64,000 nucleotides of DNA from a virus. The notes below the pieces were generated by a model, which searched no databases, had not been told where the DNA came from, and saw only the letters and a program-made list of their open reading frames with translations. Location of the stretch: IMG/VR virus record IMGVR_UViG_3300045988_091566, one strand, 5' to 3'. A program made the position numbers and the translations under genes. Position 1 is the first letter of the stretch, and the number at the start of each line of letters is the position of its first letter. Positions 57,009 to 64,000 of this stretch are shown here, one piece after another.

Positions 57009-57689
57009 TTGATAATAAGAATTAATGTTAATATATTTTTGAAAATGAGTGAAATTTTTAATTTTAAGAGTTTTGAAGTAAGTGCAGAAACAAAGGAAGC
57101 AGCAGTAGCACAGGTAGAGAAAGAGAATTTCCATATTAATGGTGATGCAACACAGGCATGGAAGAAGTTCCATGAGAAGAATGCTAAAGTAACTTCTAAT
57201 GATGAGAAGGAGTTTAAGCTGGAGTATTTGAAGAAAAAGACTAAGAATGCTCCTGGTAGTGGTTTCATTGTAACTCTTTCTAGTGCTGTTGTAAGTACAC
57301 GTGAGCGTCCTTGGAAGGTTGTTGATATTAAGACTGAGGGTAAGCGTGATACTCAGAAGAAGTTTGATTTGGTAGACCACGATACAAAGGAAGTGCTGAA
57401 GACTTTGAAGTCTGAGCGTGTAAAGAACGAGAAGGCTGGCGAGCCAATTCTTGATAAGGATGGTAACGATACTGGTCGTGTTGAACCAGATACAAAGGTT
57501 ATTCGTCCTACTAAGACCGCAGCTAAGGAAATGGCTAAGGAACTTATTAAGAAGGGCTTTAAGGGTCAGATCGATATCGTTCAGGGTAAGGAGTCTATTG
57601 GCTCTGACCCAGTAGTAGCTACTGTAACTTATACTCCATCTAAGAGTACTCGTAATGGAAGATGGATGGTTTTTGGTTTGGAATTTTAA
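57009..57689 (+). CDS. hypothetical protein (226 aa), GC-elevated, Lys/Glu-rich
   Basis: ORF track. A terminator follows. Confidence 0.5.
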   Translation: MIIRINVNIFLKMSEIFNFKSFEVSAETKEAAVAQVEKENFHINGDATQAWKKFHEKNAKVTSNDEKEFKLEYLKKKTKNAPGSGFIVTLSSAVVSTRERPWKVVDIKTEGKRDTQKKFDLVDHDTKEVLKTLKSERVKNEKAGEPILDKDGNDTGRVEPDTKVIRPTKTAAKEMAKELIKKGFKGQIDIVQGKESIGSDPVVATVTYTPSKSTRNGRWMVFGLEF

Positions 57690-57712
57690 TTTTATTCATA
57701 ATTTTTAAAGTA

Positions 57713-57746
57713 AGGCAGGTGCTCGCGAGAGTATCTGCCTTTTTTA
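57713..57746 (+). terminator. intrinsic terminator
   Basis: AGGCAG-16nt-CTGCCT hairpin followed by TTTTTT. Confidence 0.55.
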
Positions 57747-57819
57747 ATTTAGATACCTTTTATTTTACTAGATACTTTTATTTATAAAGGCGTAACAGCT
57801 ATCTAATTTTTAAAAAAGT

Positions 57820-59346
57820 ATGAAACAAACAACAAAATCTTCTTATATTAAATTCTTTAATGATGCAATTAATAATAATCGTTCTTTAAAAGCTCAGTGT
57901 ACTATATCAGGAAAAAATATAAATACTGTATATATAACAATGAGAAATCTTAGAAAGAAAGAAAATAAAGATGAAGATGATAAGAAGATATTGGAATTAT
58001 ATGACAGACTAAAGGATACTAAGAAAAAAGAAGTAAAGAAAGATACAGATGATGCTTCTAATACTTGGGAAATAAGAGACGAAGAGACTGGTAAAATTAC
58101 TGGATATAAGTTTGAGATTTTCAGAAGAAATAAGCCCGCAATCACAGGAGTCTTTACTAGAAACGAAATGAATAGTGTATATAGAATGTATACTTATTAT
58201 GGTTCTGGTTTAACCCAGCAGATTGTCAGCAGATATTTCCCAGACTATTCTCTTATTGACTTTAAAAGAATTTTACGAGCTTTTAATATTACTAAAGCAT
58301 CCTCTCCATTTGCCCCTCATATGTATGAAGAATATACTGAGGATGAATTAAAAGAAATGCATCTTAGAGAAAAAGAGAATGATTTCTTAAAAAGAATAGA
58401 GAAAGATGAAGTAAAGGATTTAAGAGCTTTAGTTACTAAGTTAACTAAGGAAACCTCTAAGTCTTTAAATAAGGAACTTATAGAAGATACTATTAAAAAT
58501 ACAGTAAAGGATTATAAAGAGCTTCCAGTAAACATTAATAATAAAGAAGCAAAATATCCTGATTTAATTATATGGTTATCTGATTTACATATCGGAGCTT
58601 ATAATGCTAAATATAGTAGTTTTGTACAGTTACCTTCTTATGATGTTCAAGAAATTAAATCTAGATTATCTAGAATTGTGGAATCTTTTGTGGGACAAGA
58701 ATATCATTCTGTATATGTAGTTAATCTTGGAGATTCTATTGATGGATTTAATAAAGAAACTACTAGAGGAGGTCATGAACTTCCTGAGATTCTTGATAAT
58801 AAAGAAATTAGTGAAGCATTTATAGAGTGTATGATGGAATTCTTTGCTACTCTTACAGTGAAAGTAAAAAGTAAAGATTTTAATTATCTCTCTATAGGAG
58901 AATCTAATCATGGTGGGGATTTTGAATGGTTAAATCAGAAACTTTTAGCTGCATATTTAACTAAATATAATGTTAAGAGTTATATTAGTAACTATCCTAT
59001 TGATAATTTCATCATTGGAGATCATCAATTCCTATATGCTCATGGTAAAGATAATAATTCTCAGACTAGACAATTTCCTCTTACTTTAAATCCTCAGACT
59101 GAATTATTCTTTGCTAATTATATAGCAGAAAAAGGTATATGTAGTCCTCATATTTATGTAGTAAAAGGTGATTTACATAATTATGCTTATACTACTGGTA
59201 AGCAGTTTGACTATATATCAGTAGGTAGTATGTATGGTAGTAGTAATTATATTACAGCTAATTTTGGACATACTAAATGGAGTATTAATTATACTATTGT
59301 AAAAGATAAAGATATTTTGATGGGAATTATTAAAGGAAATAATTAA
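57820..59346 (+). CDS. calcineurin-like metallophosphoesterase (possible Mre11/SbcD-like nuclease) with a charged N-terminal extension (508 aa)
   Basis: Motifs LSDLHIG (D.H), NLGDSIDG (GD..D), GESNHGG (GNH). HAHGKD lies downstream. Confidence 0.5.
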   Translation: MKQTTKSSYIKFFNDAINNNRSLKAQCTISGKNINTVYITMRNLRKKENKDEDDKKILELYDRLKDTKKKEVKKDTDDASNTWEIRDEETGKITGYKFEIFRRNKPAITGVFTRNEMNSVYRMYTYYGSGLTQQIVSRYFPDYSLIDFKRILRAFNITKASSPFAPHMYEEYTEDELKEMHLREKENDFLKRIEKDEVKDLRALVTKLTKETSKSLNKELIEDTIKNTVKDYKELPVNINNKEAKYPDLIIWLSDLHIGAYNAKYSSFVQLPSYDVQEIKSRLSRIVESFVGQEYHSVYVVNLGDSIDGFNKETTRGGHELPEILDNKEISEAFIECMMEFFATLTVKVKSKDFNYLSIGESNHGGDFEWLNQKLLAAYLTKYNVKSYISNYPIDNFIIGDHQFLYAHGKDNNSQTRQFPLTLNPQTELFFANYIAEKGICSPHIYVVKGDLHNYAYTTGKQFDYISVGSMYGSSNYITANFGHTKWSINYTIVKDKDILMGIIKGNN

Positions 59347-59612
59347 TGAGAGACATAAGACTTCCAGAAATATCCGATAAATTTATAGATATTTCTGATA
59401 TAAATGAGAATACTTCGGGTATTATTTTAGCATACAAATGTAATAAACCAGTTGGATTCATTGGCTATAACAATGAAGATATTACATGGGAATATTTCGA
59501 TGATATTACTATAGATTGTAGTTTTAAATGTAATGAAAATTTACTAGCATTACTAAAAGCTATAATGTCAAATAATTACGCCGATAGTTTTAAATTAATT
59601 GATTTTAAATAA
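59346..59612 (+). CDS. hypothetical protein (88 aa); tandem paralog of the next ORF
   Basis: Shares SDINENTSGIILAYKCNKPVGFIGY ... FKLIDFK with the 59612 ORF. Confidence 0.45.
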   Translation: MRDIRLPEISDKFIDISDINENTSGIILAYKCNKPVGFIGYNNEDITWEYFDDITIDCSFKCNENLLALLKAIMSNNYADSFKLIDFK

Positions 59613-59896
59613 TGAAATATATTACTATTCCTAAAAGTAGTGATACTACTATAGATTTAGCAGCTATTACTAATAATTATAAAGGTATAATTATCGCTTA
59701 TAAAGAAGGTATGGCTGTAGGAAGCATTTCATATTGTTCAGATACCGATCTGTGGTATTTTTGTGACAATATAGATAGTAATCAATTTGATACATGTAAA
59801 GGTACATTATTAGAAGTAGTCAATGAATTAATAGATACTAAACATATAGCAGATAATTTTAGATTATTAGAATTTTATACTAACAACGATGATTAG
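59612..59896 (+). CDS. hypothetical protein (94 aa); tandem paralog of the previous ORF
   Basis: AAITNNYKGIIIAYKEGMAVGSISY ... FRLLEFY. Confidence 0.45.
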   Translation: MKYITIPKSSDTTIDLAAITNNYKGIIIAYKEGMAVGSISYCSDTDLWYFCDNIDSNQFDTCKGTLLEVVNELIDTKHIADNFRLLEFYTNNDD

Positions 59897-60509
59897 TAGA
59901 GAAGACGTTTTACAAGAAGCTTTACATAAGTGTTTTGTAGAAATGTATAGATGGGCTCAACCTTCTATAGATTTGGATGAGCTTATTAAAAATGGATTTA
60001 AAGATAGTGAAAAAGATCCTTTATATGCTAGACATTATTTATCTCAAGATAATTTTAAGTATATAAGAGATACTTATATGGATGCATATGGTATTAAGGA
60101 TACTTGGGATGATACTTTTGAAATATTAATTAAGCAACTCTTAGAAGGAGGTATAGAAGATGACTATAAAGAAGCTACTCCTGATAAACCTGCTTATAGA
60201 GATTATAAAAAAGTTCTCCCATTAAAAGAAGTTATTACTTGCCCAGGAGAAGTTAATACTATTATTGACTATATAAAGAAATGTCAAAACTTTTATAAAG
60301 GGCATTGCTATGAAACTAATAAATTTTCTTGTAGTATTGCATTAGGTCCTAGTCCCAATTGTAATGCAAAACATGTTACAGAATATTGGCATAGTCATGG
60401 CAAACCAGAGTTTAAAATAGTAGAATATAATATCTCAGATGTTATTTACGGAGATGGAGATTTTGAAGAAGTATCTGATGAAGAATTCCTCGCTACATTA
60501 AAATGGTAA
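59889..60509 (+). CDS. hypothetical protein (206 aa)
   Basis: ORF track. Confidence 0.5.
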   Translation: MISREDVLQEALHKCFVEMYRWAQPSIDLDELIKNGFKDSEKDPLYARHYLSQDNFKYIRDTYMDAYGIKDTWDDTFEILIKQLLEGGIEDDYKEATPDKPAYRDYKKVLPLKEVITCPGEVNTIIDYIKKCQNFYKGHCYETNKFSCSIALGPSPNCNAKHVTEYWHSHGKPEFKIVEYNISDVIYGDGDFEEVSDEEFLATLKW

Positions 60510-60739
60510 CTAATGAAATTACTAAAGATAACAAGACACTACTTATCTGCTATAAAAATTCATATCCCTATGGGCAAATATTATACAACGGGAGTAAGTG
60601 GATATATATTACTAGTGTAGATATAAATAAAGTTAATTATGCGGAAGATACTCCTCATAATTTAGTACAAAAATTATTAGATAAAGAAATTATTGATAAC
60701 ATAATGTTTTTCACATATAATGGAGAGAATGCCAACTGA
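60503..60739 (+). CDS. hypothetical protein (78 aa)
   Basis: ORF track. Confidence 0.4.
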   Translation: MVTNEITKDNKTLLICYKNSYPYGQILYNGSKWIYITSVDINKVNYAEDTPHNLVQKLLDKEIIDNIMFFTYNGENAN

Positions 60740-61514
60740 ATTTACTTTAGAAGAAGTATTAAAAGGAAAAGCTACTAGTATTAAGGGTAAAGATTATCTT
60801 CCTACTAGAGGATATATTGAGCCTTTCCTAGAAAGAGTTCAAAAATTAACTTCTGATATTAGAGTACATGTAAAATTACCTGATCAAATTACTTATAATA
60901 AAAATGGTGATATAGATACTGCTGATTTAACTTTTAATAGAGTATGGTTAGAAGCAGTATTACCAAATGAATATTCAGTAGATAATCATAAAGAAACTAT
61001 AAATATGTTATATGGATTAGATACTAGAAAACCTATAATAAAGTTTTTTAGAACAGGATTAAATATGGCATGTTTAAATATGTGTGTATTTAATCCTAGT
61101 TATATAAGAGTTTCTGAATTATCTCCTGATAAACCTGTGGATTATTCTCCTGTAAAAACTTTAGTAGAAGCTACTGACTCATTGGGAATTTTCCTTAAAA
61201 CTTTGAAAAATACTGAATTTAATACCTCAGAATCTAACATAAATATCAGTTTAGGATATTGGGTAAGACAAGCTATAACTGAATTTGAAGATAATGGTTT
61301 TGGTAAAATAAAGTTAGCTACTTCTGAAGTTATAGCTTCTTATAAACGTATGTTTGAAGATTCTAAATCTGATTATTATATAGGAATTAATGGAGAAGCT
61401 TCAATGTTTGATGTTTATAATAGTTTTACAGAAGGTATTTCAAATGATAATAATAAGGATATTATGAATAAATTTGAAAAATGTGTATTACTTAAAAAAA
61501 TTTTAAATTTGTAA
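60720..61514 (+). CDS. hypothetical protein (264 aa)
   Basis: ORF track. Confidence 0.5.
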   Translation: MERMPTEFTLEEVLKGKATSIKGKDYLPTRGYIEPFLERVQKLTSDIRVHVKLPDQITYNKNGDIDTADLTFNRVWLEAVLPNEYSVDNHKETINMLYGLDTRKPIIKFFRTGLNMACLNMCVFNPSYIRVSELSPDKPVDYSPVKTLVEATDSLGIFLKTLKNTEFNTSESNINISLGYWVRQAITEFEDNGFGKIKLATSEVIASYKRMFEDSKSDYYIGINGEASMFDVYNSFTEGISNDNNKDIMNKFEKCVLLKKILNL

Positions 61515-61574
61515 AAATTTATTTGCTTCTTGTACAAATCTATATATAGTCATCTTAACTAAATCATAATACAG

Positions 61575-62906
61575 ATGAATAAAGAATATTTTATTAAAAA
61601 AGCTCAAGAAATTCATGGAAATAAGTATGATTATTCCCTAGTAGAAGTTTCTAGATCAAAAGATAAAGTTAAGATAATATGTCCTATTCATGGAGTGTTT
61701 GTGCAAGAAGCAAATTCACATTTATAGGGACGAGGTTGTGCTATTTGTTCAGGTAAAAAATTTGATTTAGATACCTTTATACGAAAAGCAAATAAAATTT
61801 GGAATAATAAATATGATTATTCCAAAGTAGTCTATACGGGTACTAATAACAAAGTATGTATCATATGTCCTGAACATGGAGAATTTTGGCAAACAGTTAG
61901 TAATCATTTAAAAGGACAATGTGCTTGTAAGGAATGCCGAGGAAAAAGTAAAGATTTTAAAGTAATTAGATCCAAAGAGGATTTTGTAAAAGCTGCTAAT
62001 GAAAAGTATAATTATAAATTTGATTATTCAAAAGTAGATTTTAAAGGTAGTAGAGAAAAAGTTTGTATTATATGCCCTGAACATGGAGAATTTTGGTAGT
62101 TACCTTATCAGCATTTAAATTGTAAAAATGGATGTCCTAAATGTACTAATACTTTCAGATTTACTCAAGATGAATTTATTAAAGAATGTGAGAAAATTCA
62201 TCCCGAATATACTACAAATAAAACTGTTTATACTGGAATAACTAATTCAGTAATTTTAACTTGCCCAAAACATGGAGATTTTAGCATATTAGCATCAACT
62301 TTAATATACCATCATGGATATTGTCCAGATTGTGCTATAGAATCTTATACTTTAACTAAAGAAGATTTTATAAAAAAAGCTAGAGAAGTTCATGGTTGGA
62401 AATACGATTATAGTGAAGTTAATTATATAAATTATAAAACTCCAATTACTATCATTTGCCCAAAACATGGTAAATTTGAGCAATCACCAGGTAATCATTT
62501 AAAAGGGTGTAAATGCCCTGAATGTGCTAGAGAACAAATAGAGCCTAGTAAAGGAGAATTATTTATAAAAAATTTATTAAATAAATATCATTGTAAATAT
62601 AAATTTCAATATGAGATAAAGACTAAAGAAATAGCACGTAATTCTAATAAAATTATAGTAGATTTCATAGTAAAACATAATGATTGTATTTATATAATAG
62701 AATATAATGGAAAACAACATTATGAATTTATACCATTTTTTCATAATAGCCAAGAAGATTTTCAAAAACAAATTAGAAGAGATAATTTATTAAGAAAAAT
62801 ATGTAGTAAACATCCTGGAAAATTAGAATTGATAGAAATTCCTTATAATTATTCTAATTCTAAAATAATAGATACACTCTCTTTTTTAGATGAAACAAAA
62901 ATTTAA
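61575..62906 (+). CDS. paralog of the 53573 gene: Zn-ribbon-repeat plus DUF559-like endonuclease with 2 in-frame TAG (61725, 62097)
   Basis: Frame 3 is continuous from ATG 61575 to TAA 62904-62906 if TAG is sense. Repeats KYDYS.V.Y.....KV.IICPEHGEFW*LPYQHL...GCPKC. C-terminal IVDFIVKHNDCIYIIEYNGKQHY. Invisible in the ORF track. Confidence 0.55.
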
Positions 62907-63006
62907 TTTTGAAATAACTATATAAGCACTATATTATTAGTTCAGTACTAGTATTATAGTGCTTATTTCGTAGATGATTTAAAATGTTAATTTATAAATG
63001 TTATTT

Positions 63007-64000
63007 ATGGTAATAAAGAGAGACGGAACTAAAGAAGAATTTAACAGAAACAAAATTAGAGATGCTGTACTAAAGGCTTTTGGAGTTACCCAAAATTCTA
63101 GTAAGACAATGGACGAAGATATTTACAGAGCAGTTACTGAGATAACTAATTCTGTAGTAGAAACTGAAGATCAATCTATTGAGGATATTCAAGATCAAAT
63201 TGAAGAACTCTTAATGGATTTAGGATATTACAACGTAGCTAAAAAATATATTTTATATCGTAAAGAACGTGAAGATATTAGAAATCATGCTACTAGGGAT
63301 ATTAAATTTATTCATAATTTTGTAAAGTCTGATAATACTGCTAATGCTACTATTGATGATAATAGTAATGTAGGAACTAAAGGTATTGGAGTATTAAACG
63401 CTGAAATACATAAAGTCGATAATAAACTTACTAATACAGAATGGTGGGAAAGTTTTGTAAAGAAGAGAGACCCTAACTTTAATATAAAAGTTATGAGGAA
63501 TGACTTTAAAACTATTTTGTATCCTCATGACTCATCTTCTCAAGTAGGAGAACCATATTGTATGGCAGCTTCTATGTATCCTTTCTTGTTGTTTGGATTA
63601 GAGAAATTAGGAGGTAAATCAGCTGTTCCAAAGAACCTTGATTCATTTTGTGGTATTTATGTAAATTTAAACTTTGCATTAGCCTCTGAAATTAAAGGAG
63701 CAGTAGCTACTCCTGAGTTTCTGATGTATATGGATTATTTCTGTAGAAAAGAATGGGGAAATAATTATTATCTCAAACCAAGTGTAAAAATAACTACAGA
63801 TTATTGTATAAAACAGAAAACTATTGGCAGTCAAATTGATCAATATTTCCAACAGGTAACTTATTCCATTAATCAAATAGCAGGAGCTAGAGGAATGCAG
63901 TCCCCATTTACAAATTTTTCATTCTTCGATAAATATTTCTTTGAAGGTATGTTTGGAGAATTTGTATTTCCAGATGGAACAAAGCCAGAATGGAATTCTA
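63007..64000 (+). CDS. nrdD: anaerobic ribonucleoside-triphosphate reductase NrdD (class III RNR), N-terminal part; runs off the window end
   Basis: N-terminal ATP-cone VIKRDGTKEEFNRNKIRDAVLKA. The segment ILYPHDSSSQVGEPYCMAASMYPFLL...VPKNLDSFCGIYVNLNFALASEIKGAVATPEF parallels, from memory of the E. coli NrdD sequence, IHYHDLDYSPFFPMFNCML...PPKSISTATAV...QVASHIYGGTT. The frame is open from ATG 63007 to position 64000. Confidence 0.7.
   Translation, partial: MVIKRDGTKEEFNRNKIRDAVLKAFGVTQNSSKTMDEDIYRAVTEITNSVVETEDQSIEDIQDQIEELLMDLGYYNVAKKYILYRKEREDIRNHATRDIKFIHNFVKSDNTANATIDDNSNVGTKGIGVLNAEIHKVDNKLTNTEWWESFVKKRDPNFNIKVMRNDFKTILYPHDSSSQVGEPYCMAASMYPFLLFGLEKLGGKSAVPKNLDSFCGIYVNLNFALASEIKGAVATPEFLMYMDYFCRKEWGNNYYLKPSVKITTDYCIKQKTIGSQIDQYFQQVTYSINQIAGARGMQSPFTNFSFFDKYFFEGMFGEFVFPDGTKPEWNS

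Noticed and set aside
62577-62771. Minus ORF 62577..62771
   Set aside because: It lies antisense to the TAG-recoded endonuclease paralog 61575..62906. The + strand frame is continuous and homologous to 53573..54613.
1-64000. CRISPR arrays, rRNA genes, integrase or attachment sites, transposases
   Set aside because: No regularly spaced direct repeats with unique spacers. No rRNA-like conserved blocks. No tyrosine or serine recombinase or transposase motifs recognised. The only mobile-element-type genes are homing endonucleases.

Overview
The window is AT-rich (roughly 28-30% GC by eye) and gene-dense, with almost all genes on the + strand. It looks like part of a large tailed dsDNA phage genome. 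The late-gene recoding, lipobox lipoprotein and Sec-type signal peptides are consistent with a crAss-like phage of Bacteroidota; this lineage and host assignment is an inference, not a database result. The rest of this summary gives the layout, then the system I think matters most.

**Layout**
- 1-4900: a late/structural block that is nearly invisible to the standard-code ORF track. It is densely coding once TAG is read as sense: about 35 in-frame TAG codons and no in-frame TAA/TGA inside these genes.
- 4909-4954: a strong bidirectional intrinsic terminator.
- 5142-7595: a short minus-strand block that includes an HNH homing endonuclease.
- 7.6-8.0 kb: a divergent promoter region.
- From about 8 kb to the end: a long + strand block in the standard code.
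  - Many small early genes.
  - Two tRNA arrays (15.6-17.1 kb and 18.1-18.7 kb) plus three more tRNAs at about 36.1-36.9 kb.
  - A lineage-specific four-member paralog family whose proteins all begin with MC.
  - A GC-elevated membrane module: AAA+ ATPase, SPFH/flotillin and a 677-aa protein.
  - A nucleotide-metabolism and replication module: PRPP-synthetase-like enzyme, RNase H, split SF2 helicase, DnaB-like helicase, P-loop ATPase, two SSB-like proteins with acidic tails, DnaG-like primase, HAD dNMPase, PD-(D/E)xK nuclease, metallophosphoesterase, and NrdD running off the window end.

**The system worth attention: TAG reassignment with a code switch inside one genome**
- TAG is almost never used as a stop anywhere in the window.
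- Three homing-endonuclease-like genes sit inside the standard-code region yet carry in-frame TAGs: an HNH gene and two Zn-ribbon-repeat/DUF559 paralogs.
- Several tRNA-like genes have non-canonical anticodon arms and could not be assigned an anticodon by hand.
- No clean tRNA(CUA) suppressor could be identified by eye.

**Smaller observations**
- A 14-nt hairpin-loop motif occurs four times, and a 31-nt element precedes both tRNA arrays.
- Structured non-coding regions lie next to each minus-strand HNH gene.

All coordinates and folds were worked out by hand, so tRNA boundaries and anticodons in particular should be verified with tRNAscan-SE or ARAGORN.
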